A stretch of 64,000 bases of DNA from the human T2T-CHM13v2.0 reference genome, Homo sapiens: the NCBI RefSeq assembly GCF_009914755.1, contig NC_060936.1; one strand, given 5' to 3'. Shown piece after piece: positions 28,469 to 42,337 of the stretch. Positions within the stretch are counted from its first letter, which is position 1; every line of letters starts with the position of its first letter. The position numbers were made by a program, and so were the translations under genes. The notes beneath the pieces were generated by a model. That model was given only the letters and a program-made list of their open reading frames with translations. It made no database searches and was not told the DNA's origin.

Positions 28469-29781
28469 TAAAGGATCACTGCAGAATCTTTCCGGTAAGT
28501 TCTAACCTCTTGGGATGTCAATGAAGGACACAGCCAATGTTTGTGGATGATTGTCTTCAATTTGCATCTACTTTTCTCTACCTGTAAATGTATCAGGATC
28601 TTCCAGGACAGACTCAGAGGGAACAAAGAAATTGCCTGTGGTTTTAATGTGTTTGGAGACACTTTGGTAACAAGACCCTCGGGCACTAAAAAGAATAAGG
28701 AATATTTTAACAGTGGAATCATCAAGAAAAGGAGATTTTCATGAACTGTGAGGAAGCCCTTTCTGATAAATGAAGCTATCTAAAACCTCAGTAGATCTTG
28801 GAGGATTTTTACATCCTTTGAAGGGTGTGTTCGTGTGAGTGTCTGTGACAGTTCCCATGTGTTAAAATGTGTGTCTGTGTCAGTGTGTGCACAGGGGCTC
28901 AGAGCAGAGGTGGCACACTTGTTTATAAAGTTACCTAAAGTATTTCAGTTCTGCCACTCTTCCATATTATCCATCTCTGTCTTTGACAGTTGTAAAGCTC
29001 CCTGTCTTTCCAGGGTCAGTTGCTGTGTTAGGATGTGAGCTTCTGAGAGTGTGTACTTGCCTGTTATGGTCATGACTGCATCCACAGTGACAGAATAGCA
29101 CTAGGCATAGAACACGTACTTAGTAAATACTTGTCAACTTAATGAGTTAATTAAAGGGAGAGGCTCATTAATCCAACTGCTTTTTCAACTTTTCTACATT
29201 GATGTTTTAAGCATTTAAAGTCAATGTCTCATGGGCACACCTCAATCTTTCATGGCAAAACCAATTTTAAAACATTGCATATATTTAGAAAGGTGTTGAG
29301 GCTGTGTGTCTCAGAGCTGCTTCCTGGGGAAGGTATGTTGGCATAAACACTATTGATAGCTTCTAAGCAGGGATTATTGTGGGATATCGCTGAGAATTTT
29401 TACCCCGTGGAGAAGTTTGTGCAGAAATTTTTAGGTTTCCTGGTCCTGGAGTGAATCCAAATACTACCTGAATTAATATAGACTAAGAATAGTGAATAAC
29501 AGGATCTTTCTTGACGATATTGGTTAAAATGTTGCTTTTTCTTTAGAATGCAAAATAAGAATAAAAGAGACATGGTCTTGAATAATTATTTCTGTTTAGA
29601 TTATATGAAGCATGTCAAACTTATATAACTCTGTTCCAAATAACTCGAAGTCCATATTCTCTTCCCTCCCTTCATGTTCTGTTTATCCCTCTTCATATTT
29701 CTAACATAAAGAAAGAGGATCGCACTTTTAGATGTCTTAGTGAGTTGCCAGAAATGAACTAAAAATTTTTAAGGATTTAGT

Positions 29782-30267
29782 TGCATTGGTTAATTTTATA
29801 TGTCAACTTGACTGGGCTAAGGGATGCCCAGATGGTGGGTGGGACATTATTGCTGGGGGTGTTTTTGGAAGAGATTGACACTGGAATCAGTAGACTGAGT
29901 AAAGATCCCTTGAGGGCTTGAATAGAGCAAAATGATGGAGGGTGTATTCTCCCTCTCTCTCTTTCTTGTTGAGCTGAAACATCCATCTTCTCTTGCCTTG
30001 GGACATTGGAGCTCCTAGTTTTGGCTCTTTGGACTCTGGGACTTACACCAGCCACCACCCCCAGCTCCATTCCCCACTCCATTCTCAGGTCTTCAAACTT
30101 GGACTGAATTACACCACTGTCTTTCCTAGTTCTCCAGCTTGTTGATGCAAATGATGAGACTTCTTGGCCTCCAAAATTGCAAGAGCCAATTCACATAATC
30201 AATTTCCTCTTAAATATTCATATATAGCCTACTAGTTCTGTTTGTCTGGAGAACCCTGGCTAATACA
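29782..30267 (+). mobile_element. MLT2 (C/D-like) solo LTR
   Basis: ggttaattttatatgtcaacttgactgggctaagggatgcccaga...gagaaccctggctaataca. Confidence 0.85.
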
Positions 30268-30609
30268 AGAGTCAGGATATAATATCGGGCACAGCTCTGG
30301 ATAAGTTGCCCTAGTAAATATTTACTGAGCCTATTTTGCCATAATAATTTCCCCATAGTACGAGCATTATGACAGCTCACATTTTATCCTAATAGAATAT
30401 CCAATGTTTACGTTGCATAATCTATAGTAAATATCGATTTTGGCATAACTGCTGCTGCTTACTTGTGCCTCCTTAGCATAGATTTCCATAGGCAACTTTA
30501 AGGATATCTAAGAAGGAAGTGGAAGTGCTTTTGTCCTTTTGCAAAGAATAACACATACGCTAAGAAGCTGGATACAATGCATTTTATGGACTAAAAGGTT
30601 CTCTTTACA

Positions 30610-30860
30610 CAGGGAGGCAGAATGGAGGAGAAAGGCCTCACATGGACTCTGCAGTCAGAAAAAGCTGAATTGAAAGCTCACCTCTAGCACTTGATACCTG
30701 AGTAACCATAGACAGTTCACCTAATCTTTTTAAACCCCAGTTTTGCCATCTATAGGTGGGAATAATGATAAGATCCACTTCTTAATGCTGCTGCAATGAT
30801 TAAATTAGGTAATATTATACTTTAAAAGCACTTAGCATTGGTGATTGGTACATATTTACA
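30610..30860 (+). mobile_element. MIR
   Basis: ggactctgcagtcaga...ccccagttttgccatctat...gattaaat...aaagcacttagca. Confidence 0.7.
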
Positions 30861-31745
30861 TACATTATTGATCATGTTAATTCTTACAATTATTGCTATT
30901 TTGGGATTTAGAGCAGCAATACTCTGCTTGCATTTTGACTCCGACCTTACTTCCATATGGAGATGTTATCCATTAGAATAGACTGTTTTGCAAACAGCTC
31001 ATTGGCAATTCTGATCAGGAATACAGGCCACTAAGGGGTGCTACTTGTTGACAGTCCTTGCCAGTTTGGTGAAATCTATAATGAATCAAAAACCATATTT
31101 CAGTCTTGGTTGTTGAAAATTCCATATCTTTGAGTTTCAAATAAGTGCGTCTTTTAAACCGGTCCTCAGTAGGAGAGTTTCATTTAATTTTTTTGGTAGT
31201 AAAATCTCTGCCTAAACAAATGAATAGACTTCTTGAAAAAAAGTCTGGGGTGAACATTTTGCTCTTAGCAAAAATGGAGTTGCAGGGACCAGATTTAGCC
31301 TCCTGCCTAAAACAACAACAACAAAAAACAGATAAAAATAAATGAAAAAATAACTTGTAATATACCCGCAATAAATCAACAAAGGACAGAAAGATGAGGA
31401 ACAAATGAAGTGAGTGATTCAGCTTCCTGTCTTGAGTTTCTGGACTGTGGTGCAGGGCGGGGCTGAGGTGGGGCCTGGCAGGCTCCCTGTCTTGAGAGAT
31501 GGAGCTAACAGCTAAGAAAGACCAAGGCAGCTACAGGCTGGAAGACAAAGGACCAGGCAGAATAGAGCTGTGCAGAGACAGAGATGCAAAGATATGTTGA
31601 GTATCTCAGCTCAGTACTGATTAACACATGTGTGTGAGAAAACTACCTGAGGCCTGGACAAGAACTACCAGAAAGAATTAGAGTCCCAGGGCCTGGGACA
31701 CACATAGTGCTGGGGATACTGCCTATGTAAATATACATGTATATT

Positions 31746-32030
31746 TAGAGAAGGGTCTTGCTCTATCACCCAAGCTGGAGTGCAATGGTTTGATCATAGC
31801 TCACTGCAGCCTTGACCTCCAGGGCTCAAGTGATCTTTCTGCCTCAGCCTCCCGAGTAGCTGAGACTACAAGTGCAAGCCACCATGCCTGGCTATTTTTT
31901 TTAAAATTTTTTGTAGAGATGGGGTCTTGCTATGTTGACCTGGCTGGTATTGATCTCCTGGGCTCAAGCTATCATCCCACCTCAGCCTCTCAAAGTGCTG
32001 GGATTACAGCTATGGGCCTGTATCATTAGC
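31746..32030 (-). mobile_element. AluJ
   Basis: gatcatagctcactgcagccttgacctcc...gggctcaag diagnostic. Confidence 0.92.
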
Positions 32031-32316
32031 CACATTAGAAATCCTCAAGATCAGTGGGGCATTGGTGAAAGTACTCAGAAAGGTCTTTCTTTTTCAGTAG
32101 GAATAATCAACTCTAAACTGAGTACTAGTCCTGTTCAGCCAAACAATTCTTAAAAGCAGAACCAAAGAGGCTCAAACTGCTTCTCATTAACTTCGGTGAA
32201 TCCCAGAACAAAACTCAAGAACATTTCTAAGAATACAAAAATGTCCAGCAGTCAGCAAGGTAAAATTACAACGTTTGATATTATTAACCACGCAAAGTAG
32301 GTCATGAGGAGACCAG

Positions 32317-32347
<31 letters not shown>
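32317..32347. repeat. (TCAA)n tetranucleotide repeat
   Basis: Direct reading; about 7-8 units. Confidence 0.95.
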
Positions 32348-32349
<2 letters not shown>

Positions 32350-33111
32350 CCAACCTAGAATGGACAGTTATTGCAGTTGGCAAATAACAAAAGTAAAATG
32401 GAATGACTGTATTTTCTATGTTCAAATAATTAAGTTAAATCTTATTTTTTACTTATTTGTGAAAATAAAATTAATTAGGAATATGGACAGATCACATTTT
32501 CCTTTTCTATTTTATTTTTGTCTCTGACAGAAAGATCACATTTAAAAAAATAGCACTTTTCAGAAATACGCGGACGTTTCTTTGGCTGGGTGTGGCTTTC
32601 TAGATGCAAGCTCAAGCTTTTAAACCATGGCTCTCAGACACTCGCTGTTACTTTTTTCCCCAAAGAAGCTGATGTTTTCCTATTCCCAGATATTTTGGCA
32701 TTCCTGAACTTGCAGCTATCCAAAAGGTTTTCCTGCTGATGTTAAGGTCAGCGTTCTGTTCTGGATAAATTCTGCTTCGCTGGAAATTACGACTACAACA
32801 ATTTCATCAAAGTTGTATGCCACCGTGTGAGACTCAAAGGGGATCCAGAGTAAAAGGAAACCCAAGTAACGAAGGCATTCGTATTTAGAAACAACAGGCA
32901 ATGAACTTTCCAGGTAATTCTGGGAGTCAAAGCCAGGAATAAATAAAGTGTCAAACAACAGAGGCTGTAAATAAAAATCATTTTCTTCTATTACATTTAT
33001 CACATTCCAGAGGATTCCCTGATAAATCTTCATGCAAGTCCAAGTCCAATATAACAATGCGCTCTAACACCTAATTTAGAGGAATGAAAATAATATAGTT
33101 TCCAGCTTAGT

Positions 33112-33175
33112 AAATATAGATTACTAGGTAAACTGGTAATAATAAAATTATCAGTTTACCTAGTAATCTATATTT
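33112..33175. repeat. Inverted repeat: 29-bp arms, 6-nt loop AATAAA
   Basis: 33112-33140 is the reverse complement of 33147-33175 with one G:T mismatch. Confidence 0.97.
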
Positions 33176-34679
33176 TTCTTTATTGTTAGTATTCTTGTCA
33201 GTATTTTAGGACTACACTTGACCAGATTAAATATAGAGAATTTGTAAAGTGCCAAATTTGAATAATATTTCATTATAAAATTAAGGCTAATTGCATACTG
33301 TATATTTCATAGGATAGATATAATACTTATTGTTTTTGGCATATGTTTTGCACTCAGTAAAAGAAGGTGCTAAATCAAATATAATTATTTCAGGTTAGTC
33401 TTTGCTTCAAGCTAGAAAAAAAATTCTCTCAAAGCAAGAGCTAGGTATTATTCTATTATATATTCTTTGAACTTTGGTCCCTGGCATAAGCCCAGATAAT
33501 TCTTGAACTAAATTGATTCAATATATTTGGCCTAGAAGTGGAGACAGAAAGGCAAAGATGGTAAAATACCTGCAATCAATTCATTTTTACAAGAGTCTGA
33601 CTCCTTTACTTTCAGAGACAGAAATAACAAATATGAGGCTATTGTTTCTGACCACGATGAAATAGTTGTTGGGAGACTAGCCCTCCCTCCAAGAAAATGT
33701 TATGAAAAATATGAACAAATGAAGTTTTAATGGCCAATATATTAAAGGGTATTACATGCAGTTGGTACTTACAGATATACCTTTATTAATGCATTTTTAT
33801 ATTTCCTATTTGCTGATAGACTCCCAAAGAAAATTCATAGGGTGTTAAAACAATCCTCTCTTATTTTATTGGGGACTACAGAAGCAAATATATCACAAAA
33901 GAAAGCAGGACTTGAAAAATGAATCTCATTTCAGTCTGTTTTCCCAGTAAATTTCACAAGGCTTCCATATTCCATCTAAATGTAGTCACCTGTATTCTCC
34001 AAGGACACACATTTACTATAGTCCTGACAGGTTCAGGTCTTGAGCTTGGGGAAATTTAGAATTATGCCCTACCACTTTCAAGTCTGACCCAGTTAATACT
34101 AAAGACAGCCAGGCTGTAACCACCTTCTTACTTGTTCTATTACTGTTTTGCTTTCCCCACTTTTCAGGTCCTGAATCACGTAGGTGTGAAAGCAAAATAT
34201 AGTTTCCATCCCTAGAAAATGTCACTGCAATGCCAGAGGGCTGTATATTGAGGACATTGTTAGCTAAATATATCACGCCGTCTTCGTGCTTAGAGTAAAC
34301 GTTTTAGCTTATAGTTTTTCATTAGTAAATAAATAATAGCTCACACCGAGAATGCCTTAGCCACTTCCCATGGGCCATCTTGAAGGCGCTTATGTTGCCG
34401 GACCTGGAACACAGATCCAGAGTTCTGGTTGGTGGCTTTCCTGCACAGCACTGCAGATGGTGCTCTTATGTGATAGAAGCAAAGTGTCATTTCCACGGAG
34501 GAGATTTCAAAGCCTGCCATGGCTGCAGATGCCTTTCATGGGAGCTGGGAAAGGAATTCTCTGTATTGTTAGGACAAAATTGGCCCCTGCCTTTTGACAT
34601 GACCCTTGGATGGGCAACAGTGTTTTATTTAATAATTAACTATTAAATGAACTACCAACATTTATTCAATTATTTATGT

Positions 34680-35110
34680 ATTTAATGATAGTTTTGAATT
34701 TACAGAATAGTTGTCAAGACAATATAGAGACTTCTCATATATCCCATACCCAATTTTTCCCTATAGTTAAAAATATTCCATGTCCATGGTACATTTGTCA
34801 CAATGCATGAACAAATATTGATATATTATTATTAACTAAAGTCCATATTTATTCAGATGTCCTTAGTTTTCACCCAATGTGCTTTTTCCATCCTGGGATC
34901 CAAGAGACCACATTGCATTCAGTCATCACGTCTCCCTAAACTCTTCTTAGCTGGGACAGTTTCTCATACTTTGTAGTGAATTGTATCCACTATTCAACTT
35001 TTTTGATGATCTTGACAGTTTTGAGAAAGCTAGTCAGACATTTTATAAAATGCCCTTCTATTTGGGTGTCGTTTTTCTCGTGGTTAGATGTGGGGTTATT
35101 TTTTGTTTTG
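34680..35110 (-). mobile_element. L1M (MC-type) 3' fragment
   Basis: catggtacatttgtcaca...attattattaactaaagtccata...ccacattgcattcagtc. Confidence 0.7.
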
Positions 35111-35119
35111 GGGAGTGGT

Positions 35120-36085
35120 TAAAATTTTTTTGAGATAACTCACAGGCAGTTGCAAGAAATAATGCACACAGATCCGTTGATCCCTTTGCCAAATGTCCAC
35201 AACGGTAACATTTGTAAAACTGTATCATAATACCATAACCAGGATATTGACATAAGTGCATAAGTATAATCCATAGATTTTTTTTGTGTGTGTGACAGAG
35301 TCTTGCTCTGTTGCCCAGGGTGGAGGGCAGTGGTGTGATCATAGCTCACTGTAGCCTTGACCTCCTGCACTCGAGAGATCCTTCCACCCCTCAGCTTCTT
35401 GAGTAGCTGGGACAACAAGTGTGTGCCACCTGCTTAGCTACTTTTCTTATTTTTCATAGAGATTGGGGGGACCCTCAGTATGTTGCCCAGGCTGGTCGTG
35501 AACTCCTAGCCTCAAGTGAGCTTCCTGCCCCAGCCTCCCAAAATGCTGGGATTACAGGCATGAGCCACTATGCCCAGCCCCAGATCTTATTTTGACTTCA
35601 CCAGTTATACGTGCACTCATTTGTATGTGTGTACTAAGTTGTATATGGTTTTCTCACCTATGTAGGTTCCTATATCCCCTACCAAGTCAAGGTACTGAAC
35701 AGTTTCAACACCACAAGCCTCCCTTTGTTGCCCTTTTCTAACACCCATCTCCCAGCTACCTTCCATTATAGCCCCCCATTCCCTAATCTCTGGCAGCTAC
35801 TCCTTTCCTAAACAATTTTCCCCTTTAAATAACATTGTATATATAGAATCACAAATCTGGCTTTTTGGTATTAGAGTATCTTTCCATAAAATTATTTTTT
35901 TCAATATAATTCCCTGGAGATTTGCTCGAGTTGTTATGTATATCAATATTCCATTTATTTTTAACTATGGACTGGTCTTCCATTGTGTGAATGTACTACT
36001 GCTAGTTGGGCCATTCACCTGGTGAAAGACATCTGAGCTAATTCTCATTTTGTGGCTATTACCAATGAAGTTGCTGTTAACACAA
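35120..36085 (-). mobile_element. L1MC-type 3' region interrupted by an Alu
   Basis: gcagttgcaagaaataatgcaca...caaggtactgaacagtt...ccattcacctggtgaaagacatctg. Confidence 0.75.
35279..35579 (-). mobile_element. AluJ
   Basis: gatcatagctcactgtagccttgacc; both arms. Confidence 0.92.
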
Positions 36086-36730
36086 CTATACACTTAGTGA
36101 GTCTTTTCTTGTTTGGTAGTAAAGAAGAAAAGACCTCAAAATTTAACAAAACTCCTTTTCTAGGATGGATGATTTTTTCAGTTTCCAGGAGATAAATAAG
36201 AAGTTTCTGATAAACATCATTTTTAATTAAAAACTCTTGTCTCCTCCAAATTTCATCATTACAAACTGTTCCTCAGATCTATTAAGTAATTATTTTTTGA
36301 AGATTTGGGCTTTACTAATTTCTCTCGCTTTTTTCCTGGAATTGTTGTTTATTCCACACAGCACTGTCAAGGAAAAATGTGAGCCCTGTTTCTCACGAGT
36401 CTTCTGAGAACGTGAATAGTGAGGAAGAAAGAGGAATCAATGTGTGGGACAGCTATTACTCTGCCACTGCAGCAGTGCTGATGGGAAGATTACTTACTTC
36501 TGTTGGTGAAAATTGGAATATAAGTGTTGCGGAAGCAAAGAAAAAGACTTCTGATGGCAAAATATATCCTTACACTAACAACTGAAAGTCTTGCTGAAGA
36601 ATCTGAACTGCACACACCACGGTTTCAGGAGATGGGCTGCGACGTGATGCTGGAATACAATATCTGTTGTTTCTGTGTACTTATTTTTTTCCTCAACTAT
36701 CTTTCATTTCATTAAAACTATATTATATGC

Positions 36731-37230
<500 letters not shown>

Positions 37231-37929
37231 TTATTCCTACAGTCTTCATGTTAAGGAAGACAGATTTAGTCTTGGGTACACATTTAAGAAATTGAAAATA
37301 AGGGCAGGGTGAATCGATAACAGTTACCAAGCAAAACGTAAAGCTCTATATATACCAGCATTGGGTTGTATGACAAATAATTTCAGTCCAATTGGTTGGG
37401 GCATCTATGAGTGATATAGCCAGGCTGATCAATAGCCTGCCTAGAGTAGACAGCACTCACAGTGTACCCAGCTCTATGCTGGGTGTGTTATATACTAGGG
37501 GATGTAAGTTTTAAAAAACCTACTAGTTACCTTCTGGGGAGCTTGCAGTTTGGCTGGGAAGACAAGACATAGCACATAGAAGATGTGGCCAGGACGTAAG
37601 GGTTAGATCATGTAGAGTAGACTGTGTCTGCCATTGTAGTTTGGAGCCAGCTGGTTTATGGATGTGGTGGAGTTGATTGGCCCCTCTGAGAATGGGGTAC
37701 TTACGGGTTCTCCGAGGGGATATTGCAGGTGGGAGAAACAGCGAATGAAGGTATTGGCATGCACCTGGTGAGGAGTGAACAGTGAGGATGCAGCTTCTCC
37801 AAGTAAGAAATTTGATCTGGGTCCACAGAGAAGAGGACAGAAAGCACGAGACTGGCCAGTTGTGGTCAGGGACAGGAAGATGTATCCCTCAGCTTGACAT
37901 GAATCAATGAGTAACCTGTAGTGCTCAGG

Positions 37930-38240
37930 ATGTTACATCTTGTAACCTTCCTTACCATGTTCTATCTCAATGATGCTCACAAGTTAAGTATTAATAGTAT
38001 GATCCCATTTTATGTAGGAGCAAAATGAGGTTCAGAGGAAACATGGTTTATTATGGTTCCCTGAGAACTAGATTCCAAGCAAAAATCTTGAGCCAAATAG
38101 TGAACAAGGGCTCAGACTCTACAGTCAAACTGCCAGGATCTGAATTTCAGCTCGCTTATCAACTTGGGGATCCTGGCAGGATCTCAGCCCCTGTGTGCCT
38201 CAGTTTCCTACCTCCAAAATGAAGATAATGATAAGTCCTA
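37930..38240. mobile_element. Two adjacent MIR fragments in opposite orientations
   Basis: cccattttat...aaaatgaggttcagag (minus) and tgtgcctcagtttcctacctccaaaatg (plus). Confidence 0.6.
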
Positions 38241-38397
38241 TAGCAGTGTCTGACTCTTAAACTCAGTGGGACAAAACATCTACCTTTGTGCCCTAGGAAT
38301 AATTTTAAACTTTTGGACATGGTGTATTTAAGATGCGTCTAGATGTAACTAGGTTATTCTCCCTGCAATAATGATATTTAATAATTCCAAGATGATT

Positions 38398-38721
38398 CTT
38401 TTTTCCTTTCTTTTGTTTTTGAGACAGGGTCTTGCTCTGTTGCCTGGGCTACAGTGCAGTGGTGTTTTCTCAGCTCACTATAATTTCTGCCTCCTGGGCT
38501 CAGGTGACTCTCCCACTTCAGCCTCCTGAGTAGCTGGGACTATAACCACATGCCACCACACCTGGCTAATTATTGCTTTTTATTTATTTATTTATTTATT
38601 TTTGGTAGAGATGGGGTTTATCCATATTGCTCAGGCTGGTCTTGAACTCCTGGGCTCAGGTGTTTCTCCTGCCACAGCCTCCCAGTGTTGGGATTACAGG
38701 CATGAACCACAACGCCTGGAC
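38398..38721 (-). mobile_element. AluJ
   Basis: gagacagggtcttgctctg...ctgggctcaggtg. Confidence 0.92.
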
Positions 38722-38768
38722 TAGATGATATTCAATAATCCCGTTTTCCTTTCTCCCATTTCCTACCA

Positions 38769-38769
<1 letters not shown>

Positions 38770-38811
<42 letters not shown>

Positions 38812-38812
38812 A
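38770..38812. repeat. (CA)n microsatellite
   Basis: Direct reading; one interruption. Confidence 0.97.
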
Positions 38813-40599
38813 TTTCTATCTCTGGCTGTTGTAAGTATATGTCCAGCATCTCCCCTTGGTCTGACTTAACATAAATTGTGGTGAGATATTCTCAGGGCAG
38901 GGTGTCATCCTGCTGTGGCTGCAGATGTGTCTGATTTACTTTCATGGATGAAACCGAGCAAGGCTCACGAACTTTAGCACTAAGAGCAAAGATCCCACTG
39001 CAACTAAGAAAGCAGAGAAACTTCCAAGAGGCGTGACTATGAGGGCACAGATATAGTGCTCACAGGTGCTTTGATTTGTGCTCGCTGAGGCAGGGCACGC
39101 CACACCTTCCATGAAACATGGCTCTTGTGGGGATGAATCTCATGATGGGTGCCAAGCTTATTAATTAGCATGTTAATGTCTGTGCACTGCATGGAGGTTC
39201 AGCCCGAGTGAGGCAGCCTGGCCCTTCACACGTGAGTCAAGCCCTCGATAGCCCAGCCCTCCAGGTGTGGAACATCAGGTGCAGATTCATCTTGTGTAAA
39301 GGCGGCTCTCTCCTAATTTTAAGTAGGTGACTACCCTAACCACAGAGCCCTTTGGTTTCTTAGAGCTTAGAGTCCTGCAGTCATTTACACCCCAACTCAG
39401 GGTCGCGTGGTCATTTGCACCCGAGGCAGGTGCCGGGTGAGGTGGCTGCACACCATGCTGAACCAGTCTTCAGAGCATCAGGTGGAGAGGAAGCTGAGGA
39501 AGAAGAGGACAGCATGCCTGGTGCTGGAAAACTAGCATCATCAGGATAGTGAGATGGAGACCAGCAGACAGGTCTCCTGCCCAAGTGGCATGGGCCACTT
39601 CTGGTCTCCACGCTCTAGGGCCAGCTCTGCCAGGACACAGGATGCTGGACCCCAGAGCTTAGTGCCTGAGCACAACTGCCTCCATAAAGTGGGGAAGTGG
39701 TTTGTGAGGACCCATCTCCACACACATGGAGTGGAGAGAACTTATCTGTATGGACCTACAGGGAAATTGATGCTACCAGCACACCTGTGGGCCTATGTGA
39801 TAACGTGAGGAAGCCTGTGGTGATTTTCACGTGACCCCAGCTCCAATTCTGACAAAATAAAACATTTTGAGATCCATAACGAGCATCTATTTCCAACACA
39901 GCCTCTCCAAGAAATGTACTTCATTGACGACATGTGTGATGCTCAAGCATTTTTAATTCAAACGTCATTATGAAACTCAATCAAAGGGCATCACACATTT
40001 TTGATGAAGGCCTTATTTCCATGTGGATCTTGTTTTTCCCCTTATTTTTCTCTGTCATCATGATGGGAATAAGTGCCGTTTCCAGAAGGACATTATTTAG
40101 GAGTTTGGCAGAGTTGAGTCTTTGAAGGACTGAGGACAATTGTTCAGAAAGACACCACAGAGTTGGAACAGACGTGAAGAAGGATTCCAGAAGACACAAA
40201 TCATGCTCCCCTTATGAACACAGATATTCCTGAATATTACATGTGTGAGGCCAGAGAGAGAGTTCAAATGCAGCAAGTTGCTACTTCGAACATACTGAGA
40301 TTGTCACAATCCCTGCATTTTGATGTGGCAGACGTCATCAGTGCCGGCAAGAATAAGACACTGCTTGGCGCCCTTTTCACGTAGCTCAGCTCTTGGGTCA
40401 CCTTAATATTCAAAGTCCACCCTACTTTTATGTTAAAACTGCTGCTATTTTAACACGTCCTTGGTTGGAAATCAAAGAGAAAAGGTTTCCCCATGTTCTC
40501 ACTGATTTTAAGTCAAAGACCTGACTCCTTGAAGACAAATTTTCTGGAACTTCCCCATGGTGTGGGTTGTACTGGGGGATCCGATGAAGGTAGGTCTGC

Positions 40600-40970
40600 T
40601 GCATTAGTCTGTTTTCACACTGCTGTTAAAGACATACCCGAGACTGGGTAATTCATAAAGAAAAAGAGGTTTAATGGACTCACAGTTCCACATGGCTGGG
40701 GAGGCCTCACAATCACAGTGGAAGGTGGGGAAAAAACCAAGGCACGTCTTACATGGTGGCAGGCAAAGAGAATGAGAGCCAAATGAAAGGGGTTTCCCGT
40801 TGTGAAACCATCAGATCTCATGTGATTTATTCACTACCGCAAGAACAGTATGGGAGAAGGTATCCCCATAATTCAATTATCTCCCACTAGGTCCCTCCCA
40901 CAACATGTAGGAATTATGGGAGCTACAATTCAAGATGAGATTTGAGTGGGGACGCAGCCAAACTATATCA
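40600..40970 (-). mobile_element. THE1B-like solo LTR
   Basis: attagtctgttttcacactgctg...aaagacatacccgagactggg...gccaaactatatca. Confidence 0.93.
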
Positions 40971-40999
40971 ATCTGCCTTGACCCCAGTGCAGGGTCTTC

Positions 41000-41480
41000 A
41001 CTCACTCGTTCATGTACCATTTGTCCATGAGCACCTCCCTCATGCCAGACACTGATGTGGTCCCTGGTGGCACCATGGTGACCATGACAATCAAATTCCT
41101 GCCTTCAGGATAGCCACATACAATGGAGGGGTTAGACAACGCACAAGGCAACTAATAAACACACCACTTCAAGTTGTGATAAAATGCTATAAAGGTACTA
41201 AACAAGGTGGCTTGATGGAGGGAGACTAGAATGGAAGTGACAGAGCTGCCTGAGACAGTGAGGAAAGGGAAGGCTCCTCTAGGTTAAGGCATGGGGTGCT
41301 GTTCTGTAAGGAGGAAAGATCCAAAACAGCCAGAACAGGAGGAGGAGCTCCAGGCACAGGACACTCCAGGGCACAGCCCGCAGGCAGGAATGGGCTTGGC
41401 TTGTTTCAGAAACAGAGATGGATGTGGGTGGCCAGCATGTGCGAGTGTTTACTAAGTGGCCGCATGGCAACAAGACCATA
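41000..41480 (-). mobile_element. L2 3' region
   Basis: cactcactcgttca...tgagcacct...tgccagacactg...cctgccttcagga. Confidence 0.6.
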
Positions 41481-42337
41481 GAAGGCAGGTTTGGAAGCAA
41501 CAGAGTCTAAATTCTGATTCCAAATGGCTGAAGAATAAGGATGGTTTTTGGAGATGTTTCGGTTTATAGCTCTTTTCCAACCACCTCTCCCAGCAGGAAG
41601 TAAGCTGCTCCCCTGTGCCCCAACTCATATCAATGAAGGATTGAAGCCGCTATGTCCAGTCATGATTCTGCTAAGACTTTCCAAGCACAGGCGCTATAGT
41701 GCCAGGACAGAATTGGAGCTTTTGTAGAGCAGGCACGTGACATCTGTGCTTCTACATAAAAAATGCCTGATGGCATCTGGAGTTGTCCAACATTGCCCTG
41801 AAAATTCTATAGATTAAGATAATCCTGGTGCTTACTATTGTCCTCTGTGCAGTTGCAATTCTGACCTTCGTTATGGTAGCCAAAAGCTTTATTTATAACA
41901 TAGCAAAAGCAGATTTTACTTATGTCAGTCAATGCTTTAATTTTCCACCAGGATGGTAACTAAACTCCGCTTTTAGGACAAACTACGTCTTCTTCTGTCT
42001 GCTGAGCAATTTAGCTTACATCTTGCAGGAAACCAAGCCCAATCAGAAGGAGCTGTGGACAGTTTAGTGAAGGTGGTTCTAAATATGGGATTTGCTGGGT
42101 TTAAAGGAAGCAAAGTGAAATGAAAGGCTGATACAATGATTTATGAATATAAAATATAAAATCCCACATGTATAGAAGAGATTTAAAATAGGTTCACATA
42201 CTTGCAAAAACAAGTGCTTATTAGGCCTGTGATAATATAAATTTTTTTATCATTTTAGACATGATATGGTCTTGTGATCATGTTTGAAAAATCGTCCTTT
42301 TCAAAGAAATAAACTAAAATATTTACAGATTGTTTTC

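Larger units (their letters stand above)
31250..32430 (+). mobile_element. Old L1M (5'/ORF1-side) relic interrupted by an Alu
   Basis: gggaccagatttagcctcctgcctaaaacaac and tgtccagcagtcagcaaggtaaaattacaa resemble L1M 5' regions. Confidence 0.45.
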
